DNA of 64,000 nt from Euprymna scolopes. Taxonomy: Eukaryota. The stretch lies in assembly GCA_053919585.1 (NCBI GenBank), contig CM132786.1, one strand, 5' to 3'. Each line of letters begins with the position of its first letter. The stretch's first letter is position 1. The translations under genes and the position numbers were made by a program. The notes beneath the pieces are model-generated. The model saw only the letters and a program-made list of their open reading frames with translations. It made no database searches and was not told where the DNA came from. Below are positions 24,784 to 37,440 of the stretch, piece by piece.

Positions 24784-26031
24784 ATTTAGACAGGTATATG
24801 GGTGGGTGTTAGGAAGATATACATTTTCAACATATGTATGTGTTGTATAATTTATATTTTATTTATTTTTCACTTTTTTCATCGGCAAGAAAATTGCTTG
24901 CTTTTCAGAAAAAGAAAATTATTTATTTATTTTATGTTAAAATGTTTTTCCCCAAATAATATGCTTCAGTAATTCCGCACAGAAGCAAATATTGCTTATT
25001 TTACCTTTAGATATGTCGTTCTTTTTATGCAGAATTTAAAGACGTTTTAAGAAGCAACGTTTCACTTTGATAGGGAAATCCAATTATAACGCTGCTTATT
25101 GTGATGCGACCGTCTATACAAATTCAGTAGAAATCCCGCCGATTTGAATGAATCATTACAAATGCGACGGTTTTCATTTTTATATTATTAACGTATCAAT
25201 GATACCGTCTGAATTTTAACACTTTTTTAGGAGTTCGTATATACTCAGACAAATAAGTATTATTTCAAACATACATACACACAATATATCAAATGTGCAC
25301 ACCTCTCTCGCGTGTAAGTAGTAAAATTTAGTGGCAGCCAGATTATGGTTGTTTATCAGCGAGTTTCATATTGATCATTCTATTTTTGTGGAGTTTAATT
25401 TATTTTAGTGTGCTGAATCTAAATCTGAGATTGTTTTCTGCCCACCTTCTTAAAGTTTCAAGCTACGTAAACACTGAAACATGTGAGCAACTGAAGCACG
25501 GAAGATTGTATATTTAGAATAAAACACGGGTAATACTCCTAAATTTGTTACACACATAATATAGATGATATATCATTTAGGCAAGAAGGATTTTTCTATT
25601 ACATAAATACTTGCGGGAATTTTATTTTCATAGAGAATGCATAATGTACAGTTTCACTAACGTCATTTAGAACGTTGCAGTAGAAATCGGTTTGGGAGTC
25701 TGTATTAGTGCCCTAGCAAGTTCAGAGAGCAGAAAACACGCAAATGACCTTCCCCCAACAAAATGTTATCCCAAACAGCCAAACTTAAGCTAGCCTTATA
25801 TATTATATTATGCATATTATAGCGCACTATATATACAAATGTACTCGAACTCGGACATATTTTATTGGTTTGAAAATATATATTTCTTTTAAATAATTGC
25901 CACAAAATGAAAACCATATCGTATTATAATATTCGAAAAGACTGCAAATTTTCTTAAAGCTTCCTCCGATAAGACCAAAGATGGGAACATTTTAATACCT
26001 AATTTGATACACGTGTGTATATAATATATAT

Positions 26032-26077
<46 letters not shown>

Positions 26078-26329
26078 ATTGATTGATAGATAGATGTAGA
26101 AATATACTATTTCTCATGTTGCATATTCCAAATCTCACGACCATTGATAAGAATTTATCAAATGAAGGCTCGTTGGAAATGTAATAACCTACATTTTATT
26201 GTGAGTTATGTAACATTTACCCTGAAGCTCGCACATAAAGGGGGGCCTCCATCATCCAGAACCTATTTTTGGTACGTTCTCACGGTAATACAATGTTTCG
26301 GTAAAGATGCAGTATTTTTCCATTTCGCT

Positions 26330-26965
26330 ATAGTAGTTGTTAGAAGGTGCTAAAAACGAAAACCACATTTCAATTTCCAGAAAACGAGTTGTTTTGAAGA
26401 TATGACAATAATATTTTTTACAAAAGATAGGGATCGTTTTTCTATATAAATTTAACGTGAAATTTTATGGTCACACATTTGGTGGATCTGTCATGTTGTG
26501 GGGGTGTTTATTGTATCCTGAAGGATTAATCAAACACCTACCTATAACATCTAAGTTTCTCAAGTGTGTGCTAAATACCAATTTCGCATTTAAATTTCTG
26601 CACATAATCATTCGTGCGTGCAATAATGGCTACCACTTATAACATGAGGAATTACGTTTCTATATACGCCGAAAATATTTATTTGCGGAAGAGTTAACTG
26701 CAATATTCGTTTTAAAGTAAGTTTAGCGGTTGTCTACAAGACAACTATTACCAAATAAATACCAAACCTAAGGACAATAGTAGACGCTCCCCCAACAAAA
26801 TATACCGTGAAATAGTTTTATTTTATTTTACGTACCATTGATATAGAAAACTGACCCCCCTAACATTTGAAAATTAACATTTCCTCAACTCATGTAAAGT
26901 ACGCATTTACTAAAGTTTTAAACATTATTTTCGTTTTTAGCACACTCGAAAACCTACAATAGTGA
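26330..26965. mobile_element. Possible MITE or inverted repeat
   Basis: gtgctaaaaacgaaaa (~26347) is the reverse complement of ttttcgtttttagcac (~26928), with weaker flanking complementarity. Confidence 0.35.
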
Positions 26966-27654
26966 TAATGTTACAGATTTTTTTAGAGTGACAAAGATAA
27001 TGAAGCTTTACCTATACTTCAATCAGTCATTTGTTTTCCTAGTTTTACATATGATTTTCCAAATTGCGGATAATTCCTAAAATGCCTTGATAGAAATGTG
27101 AATAAATCTTGCTGTTATGGTTTCAAATAATCTGAAATAACAGAAAGTGGAAACTTGATTCCAAATATTTCTCATATATTATAATTTTACGCTGTCATTT
27201 TCGTACATCAAATAGAATTCACAGTGTATAAAGATTATTTGATACTGGGGACATTCTTTATCGTACCCTAGTTCCAAAAGAAAAGATATATAACACATGA
27301 GAAATTTCTGTTGCTGTTATTTAAAGTCATTTGACACACTGCCGGCAAGTTTTAGTGCCTCTAATATCAAGTACAGAGGTTTTGTAGAGCTGAATATCAG
27401 AGCGATGGTTCTAGGTTCCATCATCGGCTTAGCGATGAGTTGTGATACAGTAAAACAGGACATTATACCGATGACTAAAAATATATTTTAAGTCCCACGC
27501 TTGAGTAGAGAACTGTGGCCAATAATAACACCAAATCCTTAACTAGATTACAAATGCGAGACTCGCTGTTTGTTTATAGATGAACGGTTTGAGCGCTATA
27601 AAAGTGATGGACACATGCTTGTTTTAAATAGGCGAGCGTATTTTGTGGGGGACT

Positions 27655-27793
27655 TCTCCCGTGGGCGTATTAGTAGAACTGCTGACTTTCAAGGCGATGG
27701 TTCAAGGTTCAATCCTCGGCTTGGGAGAGGTGCTAGTCTTGCGGCACTGACGTGTTGTGATACCACGAAGCAGGCCTGTATGTTGATGACTGC
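27655..27793 (+). mobile_element. tRNA-derived SINE
   Basis: A-box-like tgggcgtattagt, B box GGTTCAATCC (27706), and tail gcactga..tgtgataccacgaa..ctgtatgttgatgact ending in (CA)/(TA). Related copies lie at 27375-27477 and 50989-51131. Confidence 0.7.
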
Positions 27794-27813
27794 ACACACA
27801 CGCACACACAGAC

Positions 27814-27846
<33 letters not shown>

Positions 27847-28299
27847 TGCATATATATACATATATGGGGGAACTTGTTAGTCCTTATCACATGAATTCGA
27901 AGATTTTTATTATGTATACATAACGTACTAAGTTTAGCTTGGCCAAAAGTAAGATCCATAGTTATTTCTCAGGACAACCAATGTTTACATTAGTCATTAA
28001 CCCTTCGTACTGGCTTTTATTTCTTCTTTGTTTGTTCAAATTTTTATTTAAGGTACCTAATAAATTTCTTACCTTTCTTAGATACGCTATTTATATTTTT
28101 CATCCTGGTACATACTATTTTTATTGAAGGTGCTATAATATTTTATTAATTATTTACTAGCTTTCATTATTATTGAGTTGAAAGGCATGTTTAATTTCGG
28201 CTTTCATACATATTATTTAGAGAGGTGAGTTCAGTATACAAAGATATCATTTTGGATTTTCCTTTCGATAAATAATTCTCTCTTAATATGTTCAATGCT

Positions 28300-29005
28300 T
28301 TACAGCTATCGTTCCGGGCGTCTCTCATTACCAGTGATAGTTATGGGACACCTAAGCACTGTACTAATTCCGCAAAGAAAGGTGCGTTCTTTTCAATGAT
28401 GATGGAGTCGTTTGTGTTTTCAGGTTCTGCCTAAAGTACTTTGTGTAGCTGTTCAATTCGTAAATATTCTAAAGGTTTCATCTGCCACAATTCGAATTTT
28501 GATTCGAATCTATCGAAATAAAGACCACGCTGGGCACATAACCTCCTGAGTTGAAAGCCGTATGGTTAGTTGTTGTCTATTTCCTGGAGGTGACTTGTTC
28601 TTAGTATACAGTTCTCTAGTTGGAAGACACAAAGCAAAAGTTTCTTCCCGTGTTGATACGAAAAAAAAACATATGCGAAATTGCTACAGGAAAAGGTTTA
28701 ATTTTTATGGAGCAATTCTGGTTTGTGATTGGTTGGTAGCAGAACGTGAATAAACTTGATTCGTCAGTTTCTAGCAGGATCGTTTATAAATAGAATACCC
28801 CGACTGGCAGAGACCATATGCTATTATAACTCCAAAATACTGCAACAGTAATTAAGACCATCATTTTGCTATTTTGTATCGTAAACATAGTGTTAATCTC
28901 AATAATTTCCAAATAAAAATTCATTATTTAGACAAAAAACACAATTTAAAGTAATTTCTGTACCCCATTTAGGATGATGTCTCGATGGGAAAACTCATCA
29001 GCAAC
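28300..29005 (-). mobile_element. Possible highly decayed PLE 3' region
   Basis: Weak GIY-YIG-like remnants. Degenerate HHR-like motifs at 28303-28334 and 28976-29001. Confidence 0.3.
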
Positions 29006-30429
29006 ACATTCAATCAGGTTTGAAAAAAAATGTAATCATCATATACAGGAAAGTATATAAAGATGAAATATTTTCGGGACATAGGTAAAGAAAATAACGG
29101 TTGAAACAAAGAAAGTATATGAGATTTTGGTATTAAAATAGACTAAACATAACTGAATATAATGGGATGATGTGCTTCGATTCAAATAGACTGAAAAATC
29201 GACATTGAAGGTGGAGTCCAATTCTTTTCTGTATAGAATCATGGCTAATTAGTAATGATTGTTTTGAAATGGATGATTATAGATTCATTCCGCTTCATTT
29301 AAGTATCCACCAAATGGCGCTATCTATTATAAAATGAAATCTGGTTTAAGATGAAAATACCAAAATATATTTGATTAAAACTAGGATAGTTCGAAAGTTC
29401 AAACCCGATATTTTAGGAATGATTTAAAATAAAGATAAAAATAAAAGTAAATGAACCAAATATAGAAAAATAAAATATATGGGATGAAAATTAATAAGAT
29501 ATAATAAAATTTTAGAGATTTTAAAAGGAATAAAATAGACAGTATTTTGTTTAAAACGCTCAGGCATATTTTTCACAGTCTTTAATGAAATTTCTCTAAG
29601 TAAATGAAGAGAAAAAGAAAATGAATAGAAAACCTTAAAAGTTTACTTATAGTCTTAAGTGTTTGATTGGTGGGGGGCAAAAAGAGAAAAAAGGGAAAGT
29701 AAGAGAAAAGGCCATAGCTTATTTTTTGACATTGAGCGCGACAGATATAATACAGCGCAAAGTAATCAATCAAAGCTGGTAGTGGGATAAGTTTATGTGG
29801 GAGGGTAAGTAAACAGCTTAAACAGGTGGGGTGAGGGATTGTCCTTAAGGATATTTGTGACCAAATGTAGTTCAAATAAATAAACAAATAAACATATACA
29901 TTCTTAAATTATCGTCGTCTAATAAAATTTAACTATCTTTTAAAATGTAATATATCAAAATGTAAAAACGTCAATTGTAGTAAGAATTATTAGTAATAAA
30001 AATATACTACTATGCAACCAACAAAGTACTATAACTATTTAGTTAAATCTTAAATGAATAAATTCATGTTAAAGCAATATTAGGTAGGGTGGAAATGTTA
30101 TTTTTATAACCTATTTACAGTAGAACCCCGGTATACCTAATATAATCTGTATGTACTCAACTAACATTATAAATAACACTTTAAGGCGTGTAAAACGCCC
30201 TAACCTGGAGTCGGCAAAAAACAACGCATTTCACATTGTAACCTGACGAAAAACGTACCAAGCCCCCCCCCTCGTAATACGGCGTTTTTTTTGTGTTATG
30301 AAGTTAAAATAAAACCAAACACCTAAAGTAAGAACAATAATAGTTCAGTGTGGTCATCATATAAATAGATGATTAGTACTACTATACATAATACATAATC
30401 ATATTATAACTAAGAGATTTTGCAACATT

Positions 30430-31480
30430 ATTTCGTTCACATAATTTAAAAACTGTAGTATGAGTTGTATCTTTTGGATTTACGGCGAATTGGGCAAGAT
30501 TTTCATTTATGAAATACACCATCTCTACATTTTTCTGATGAAGTGAGGATTAGGGATGCTTTCCATCAAAGTAAAGCAACAAAATACGCCAAATTGCTTC
30601 ATTCCTGCCTATATATTTATCAAGTACATATCGAGTAACTTTATTCTAAACATTTTCGTAAGAAAAACATGACTGTCTGAGATCCCTTATTTCTGTATTT
30701 ACCAATATATTTAATAAGTTTCAGAATATTGGCAAATTCAAAATGTATGTTAGCATAAAATACCCTTGCAAGTAAGGAAGAGTATAGTACAATCCATATA
30801 GTGTCGACCTTATTCCTGCCAATCATAGTTCACAATTGCCAGATTCAGGTAGTCGTCACCTAAATAAAGGATAACCATCCTCAAAGAACTGACATTCAAC
30901 TGGAAAGTTTTTTTTGAATATTTTATTACATTGACCATTAAGCGTGCAAGGTTATTTTCATACCACCAGGCGTATGCACGATGTAACTTTACTATTTCCT
31001 ATGAGGTTCAATCAGTTTTTATATCTGATAATTAAGCTGATATGTAATAAATTAAATTGGAGTTGATGCTTCTGGTCAGCCACACTAATATAGGTGCATA
31101 TGACAAGCCTCTTTTTGCCACTAAATTTAATACATGTAGCATGGTAGTGAGCAGAAGATATGTTTTGTTCATCAGATGCATCACTTTCATTATTTTCAAG
31201 CGAAACATTTGGACTAATAGATCTTGTTGACTGAACTGTCTGTCGAATGAGAAGTTCATCTTGAATTTCATTCCACTTTGGATTTAAAGTGAACATAATA
31301 AACAGGTTTGGTTTTACTATGAGAATATTGTACATCTTGGATCAAGTCATACATGTGAAGCTAGAAGGTAAGATGCATATCTAATGTATATATTTTCCTT
31401 GAACATCGCTATTTATATGATCTTGCAGATGTATGTAGAAATTTACACTTACGTTAATTTAATGACTTTCGTGCCCCGAA
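30430..31480 (-). mobile_element. Helitron Rep (HUH) domain remnant
   Basis: KPNLFIMFTLNPKWNEIQ (compare PDLFITFTCNPKW), KRGLSYAPILVWL (compare KRGLPHAHIL) and WIVLYSSLL...IKYIGKYRNKGSQ (compare WVVPYN..IKYI.KY..KG.D). Confidence 0.9.
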
Positions 31481-31663
31481 CCGTAGTGAAGCGAGATGTT
31501 GAATCTCTACATTTTCGGGTGAGCAATGCCTGAAGATAGCGTTTACAATCCCACCCAAAGCCGATCAATTGGCCAAACACAGGGTGAAACGACAACAACT
31601 ATGGAAGGCAGTCATTGCTAGCGATACAGGAGATTCGGAGTTCCTATCCTCTCGCGGTAACCA

Positions 31664-31700
31664 CCGGACGAAGGCCATGGGAATAGTTGACCGAAACGTC
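31664..31700 (+). ncRNA. Degenerate minimal type I hammerhead
   Basis: CGGACGA-A-GGCCA-loop-TGACC-GAAACGTC, with one core substitution (U4G) and one stem II mismatch. Confidence 0.6.
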
Positions 31701-32407
31701 ATGAAACAAACACCAAAAATGAGGAAAATATCCTGCAATACATAAATTAATTAATTGGTTATGTTAAAATAAATGACGCAGGCATTCATTGAAATTACAT
31801 TAAAGTCTCATTACACTTTTAATCAAATCCTGAAAATTTAAAAACATGCGTGATTACATTTATTATAAGTCAACTTGTATGTATTCCTAAATTAATTAAA
31901 TAATTGCCGTTTTTAACTATATATAAAAGAAATTAATATTCTATGTTTTAATGTGTTATAATAATCGACTAATAATTTTAGCTAAGCGTGTTTTCATATA
32001 ACTATGCATAAGTAATCATAAAATGGTAAGTCTATTATAAAAAAGACGCTTAAATATAAAAACATTAAAATCCATCGCAATGAAATAAAGAGGTATTAAT
32101 AAAATTACAAAATATAAAAATCATGCCATCGCCGAGAGCTAAAAAAACCAAAGTAATATATGCACATACTTGTTGATCAAATGGATATATCAACTTTAAA
32201 CAGCCAGCAATGAAGCTAAACGTATTATAATTTAATCAGTCATTTCAAAATGTTCGAAAGAAAAAGGTATTAATATAAATGTTGTAGTTAAAAAGACTAC
32301 ATTACAAGTTCTGACTACACATTTGTATTGTAAAAGCAAGATAGAAGATTTTCTAATGTAATATAAGAATATCTAACCAGAAAAAAATCGTGCATAATAT
32401 TTCAAAA

Positions 32408-32520
32408 GGCTACGCAGCTATTGGTAAATTCCTAGACTATTGAGAGTGTTGTTTTGAGTTCGATCCTTCTTGACGGCTGATCCATGCTGAGATCATAACA
32501 GCTTAGACCTAAATCGAGGT
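32408..32520 (+). mobile_element. Decayed tRNA-derived SINE
   Basis: A-box-like gcagctattggta and B box GAGTTCGATCC. Confidence 0.45.
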
Positions 32521-32759
32521 TTTCATATATGAAATTTTATAAACATAAAAATACAAAAAAAAATATTTGAATAATGTATTTACATATTCAATAGATAAAT
32601 CGAATAATACAAACAAAAATACTACCTTTCTAAAAATGTGGCAACGCAAAAAAAAATTAAATCCATTATTAATTATTTTCTTAATTTGAACGGTGTCGTA
32701 AATGTTACTATTGTATTAGATTTATGAGCTATTTCGGGTATTTAAAGGTTATACGTTTT

Positions 32760-33780
32760 GGTCTCTTTAAGCTGACCCTGTCAGACAATATAACGATGTT
32801 GCACAACCCTAGATACTGTCAGGGTATGTGTTGGATGAATGCATGTTGTCCTAGTAAGATGATTGAGTAATCTTTATCGTAATCATAATTTATTTAAGTT
32901 TTTCTTCTTAGTTTTTTATTTCTATCTTTTTTTCTGCCCAAACTGTTGTGTACCTACAGGCTTTATTTAGAACGTAAGTCATATCGATGATAAATACTTG
33001 CCAGTAGGTGTCCCTCTACAGCTACATACCATTAGATTTTTTTTTAAATACCGTATTTGTTGGAAAATTGAGGTGTCATATACTGCATGGAGAGACTTTT
33101 CGCTCTGGTGAGATTCCTGGCCATGCGTCTTCATTCTCTGATAAGGAAATTCACCTCTACGTTGTGTTGAATTGGTTATCCCTGTTGAATATTAAAACCT
33201 ATGTTATTCTTGCAACTTTATCCGCACAGGTATGCAAAACTCGCCGTCCGTAAGTACATCTTACGAGAGGTTTCCGGTAAAGTTGTCAGATGTGGGGGTT
33301 TCAATTTTTGCATCCCTCGGGATTCCTGCAGTTGTTCATATGTATTAGTATTTTTAGAGTGTAACAATCTGTTCCAGTTTAATGATCCTAACACAGGTAT
33401 GCTTTGTTTTGGTCAGTTCTCATTGTCAATTTACTTTATAATTCGTCATCTATTCCGGTTATTGAAAGTCATTTAGTTTTTCCTGGCAGTAACATGTTCG
33501 CAGTAAGTCACAATCTGAATATACACACGGTAAACTTTCCGTTCGCTCAAGGATTTCATCAATGATGCCATTGGCTTAGGTCAGTGGGTGGTTTTGAGTT
33601 TACCAACATCATTCAGCTCTCTCTAAACCAACACCGTCTGAGCAGATACGTATCTGGCGCACTGCAGTTTGTGGCCTCCTATAAAACACTGACGACATTC
33701 TCACCCTGGCCCTCTTCAGTCTAGATACGGCCAGAGAACATCTTGGAAGAGTGCGTGTTGTTCAGGTAAGGTTATTAATG
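32760..33780 (-). mobile_element. Decayed RLE-type (R4/NeSL-like) LINE 3' region
   Basis: Residual zinc knuckle (RGCK..ET..HI, then DKVARI) and IIDM..V RLE-like motifs on the - strand. Confidence 0.5.
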
Positions 33781-33908
33781 CATTGTATTCTTTCATTTGT
33801 ATTCCCTTACGGGTTTCCATTTCAAAAGGCCTTACTTATCACTTTCTCGTACAGAAACCGTTCTTTACCGTAAGTTATGATAATTCCTTTTTATGTTTTA
33901 TGATAGCT

Positions 33909-33979
<71 letters not shown>

Positions 33980-34239
33980 ATATATATATGTAAATTTAGT
34001 CCGTTAAAAGTGAATAAAAGCATATTTCTACGTTACCAATTTATTTGAAATTTTCAGACAACCCATCTTTAGAGTCGAGGAATACTTTTATGTCATTAAA
34101 ATAAATTTACCTCGCAAATTATTGAAATATTAAATAAAATATAAATATTTTCGAAGGCGCTTCTGCGAGACTTGTCCGGTTTTATTTCTGGTAACTTCCG
34201 TTTCAAATACTAAAAGGTAAGTAAAACAAAACAAAAAAG

Positions 34240-34440
34240 CTTACTCATACACAGAGTGATCCGTGCTGAAATAATAACGTTATTATTTAAAAAGCCATTA
34301 TTAACATGAGGAAGGGAGGGTGTTTTGTACCTATTCTGTACTTTAACCTTACAATTGAATAAAAACATATCATAGAACTTTAATTAAACGTGGAAATACG
34401 ATTTTAAAAAATAGCGCGGATCACTCTCTGCATTAGCACA
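34240..34440 (+). repeat. ~200 bp direct repeat of 35050-35220
   Basis: gaaataataacgttattatttaaaa..gggtgttttgtac..ttctgtactttaacctt..aaatagcgcggatcactct is shared by both copies. Confidence 0.85.
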
Positions 34441-34836
34441 CAAAGAAAAAAATAAAATAATCCCATATTTAACAATTTAAATTCATTTATGTACTTACAA
34501 ATTTCATGTTAAGGCTTTCAATCATGAAACATTATGTTTTAATTGTTTAGTTTTTTTTCACGGCATTGTTTACATAAAAATGTTTGTTTTACCTTATTCT
34601 AAACTGTTTCATTTTTACGACATACCTCAACGTATTATAAAAACACTAACCTCCCCATGTTAAAAAACGCCCTTCGAAAGCCGTTCTTAATATGGGGAGG
34701 TTGGGGGTGTTCATTCCGAAAGCCGTTTTAACATGGGGAAGTTAGGGTGTTTATAATATGCTGGGGCGGGTCGTAAAATTAACGAAGTTGCTATTGCGAA
34801 ATTTGCTTGAAATTTATTTATTTGACAAAAAAATTA

Positions 34837-36187
34837 CATTCTGGTACTCCTTGGGCGTGGAGTTCCACGGCGATCAGCAGAAAAAAAAGTAATAGTCGCT
34901 CCCTTGGTCCCCACCCCACCCCGCACGTAACATATTTTATTTACTGACGTTTCCGTAACTAAACGATTATTTGTCACATTTACAAACTGTTATTTATTTA
35001 TTTATTTTGAAAAAAGTTTTACTTTTTATGAATATTAAAATAAAAATCGGTACTCATGCAGAGAGTAATCCATGCGGAAATAATAACGTTATTATTTAAA
35101 AAGCCATTCTTAACATGGGGAGGAGAGGGTGTTTTGTACATATTCTGTACTTTAACCTTGCAATTGAATAAAAAAAAACACGATTTAAAAAATAGCGCGG
35201 ATCACTCTCTTCATTAGCACCGAAAAATGTTACTAAACATTTATTAATAATTTCTCACTTTTACACACATTTGATATTAAATTTCTTTTTACATGACGAC
35301 TTTTATCGACTTCTTTAAAAAATATCCCACCCAAATATTTATTCCAAAATCCGTTGTTAACATGGAGAGGTTGAGGGTGTTTATTCTGAAAGCCGTTCTT
35401 AACATTTGTGGAGGTGAACCTAATGTAAATAAATAAATAAATAAATTTAAAAAAAAAACTAAATCATTTACTGATAACTTCTCACTTTTACAAATATTTT
35501 TTTAATTTACATGCGCGGATGAACAAATTGTTGAATAGTGCGAAAACAAAACGCTTTTGTAATAAACTTCGGGATAATTTTTTGGGTAAATATTTACATT
35601 TAGGTCCACCTCCACAATTTTCCTTTTTAAATGACGACTTTTATTGATAGATAAATCTACTTCTCTTTCACGGGAACTGAACCCCTCCTTTTTGTAAATA
35701 GAATTTCGGGTGGGTATGCTGACAACAAATATCAGTTAAGTTTTGCAAATAGCCCCCCTCCAAAAGTGGGGTTTATTCCGGAAGCTGTTCTTAAGATAAG
35801 CATGTTAGGGGTGTGATTATAAGGTGAACCTAATCTAAAAATCAAACAAACAAATTTTTTATGCGCACATAAGCAACTACTTTTTATTTTAAAAAATTAG
35901 TACATTTCAATGAATAGAATAATAAATCATTTATCATTAATATGTGTTTTTGGTTTTGTGTTGAATGAAACTTTTTTTTTCATTACAACAATAATGAACC
36001 AATTTAAATCTTCCGGCATGCGTTTAAGGGTTACGAAATTATCAATAAATCGTTTAGTTACGTCAGTAAATAAAAAAAAATGTTACGTGCGCATGCATTA
36101 GCCTTGACTAGGGGGGGCTTAGGGAGCGACCATTAAATAATTATGCTGGTCGCCATGGAACTCAACGCCGAAGGTGTACCTAGAGTG
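34837..36187. mobile_element. Non-autonomous TIR DNA transposon with CAC(T) termini and long (~140 bp) imperfect TIRs
   Basis: 34837-34975 is the reverse complement of 36045-36187 (ggcgtggagttccacggcga vs tcgccatggaactcaacgcc; cacgtaac..tttatttactgacgt). It contains internal copies of a ~38-bp motif. Confidence 0.75.
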
Positions 36188-36414
36188 GCACTTATGCACT
36201 TATGTTATCGTGCTATTTAAAAAAAAAGAATTTTCAGGTTACATTCAAATTTTTCAATATGTTTTTCTTTTATTAATTTGTTAAGTGAAAGTACAGATAA
36301 CCCGGTCGGTTTCTAATGTGAGGAAAATCTAGCCCCCCGCAAAGGGGTACTCTGGATAATAAAAAAATATTAAAATTGCCTCAGTCTCGAAAGTGTAGGT
36401 CACCTTCTGTTTCT

Positions 36415-36700
36415 ATCCCCTCTCTCTTCCTCTCTTAATATCTCTCTCTATCCATCTCTCCATTTCCCCCTCTCAATCAATCTTTCTCTCTATATCACCC
36501 TCTCCATCTCTCTTTGAGTCCCTTTCTCTCTCTGACTCCCTCTATCTCTCTCCTTTCCTCTGTCTCTGCCCTCTCTGTTACTAACTCTCCCCCTCCTTCT
36601 GTTTATCTATCAATCCCTTTATATCTCTATCTCCTTCTCTTTCTCTATTTTCCTCTCACTTTCTCTTTTACATCTATATACCTTCATTTCTCTCTGTCCA
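36415..36700. repeat. CT-rich low-complexity tract
   Basis: Direct inspection. Confidence 0.9.
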
Positions 36701-36829
36701 TCTTTAATCCCTCATCCTATTTTAGTCTCCTAAATTTATTACAGTGAATAATGAATTCTCAAAACATGGATAAATCCTATTTTAGTCACCTAATTTACTG
36801 ACTGTGAGAATAGAAGTTATTTGGAAATT

Positions 36830-37440
36830 ACCGCTACCTTGAACAGCACCAGAAGTAACTGGTAAAACCTTTCTAATTAAATTGATTTTGGCAGCCGTTT
36901 GGTAACAAAATGACAAAACCTTAGCCCTTGCTGCATGAGGAATACCTGCGACCTTGCTGCCAAGTAGAAGAATTATTTATTCTACTTTAAACCATTCAAT
37001 TTTTCAAAAATCTCATGTTCGACATCTCCAAAATATCCAATATGGGGAAAAATAGTGCAAAAATGCAAACTGATTGTTTAGGATGAATGCACAATGGTAC
37101 GCAAAAAATCACTTGAGGCTCTTGGTCGATCCTTGCAAGATTGGCGTGGCAATGTCAGCCCATTTGGGAATATTGAATGAATATTGCTTGCAGGAGATTT
37201 CAGACAAATGTTACCTGTTATTCTTCAATCAACACCAGCAGATGAAATAAATGCTTGCCTCAAATACTCTACTTTTTAGTTCCATGTGAAGACATTAAAC
37301 TTAACTCAAAATATGTATGTCCAGTTACAGACTGTTCGATCTGCACAAAAACTTTTGCATCACTTGTGGAAAATTGGGTACGAAAAAGTGCCAGCTGATC
37401 AGAGTTAAGGGCAAAATTCTTTGACTTTTAACTTCTCATT
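36830..37440 (+). mobile_element. Helitron PIF1-type helicase remnant
   Basis: APEVTGKTFLI (Walker A), LAA*GIPATLLP, DECTMVRKKSLEAL.RSLQD, PFG and LLAGDF..RQMLPVI. Confidence 0.9.

Noticed and set aside
27655-27730. Functional tRNA gene (also 32408 and 51060-51131)
   Set aside because: Cloverleaf stems are broken and the shared non-tRNA tail indicates SINEs.
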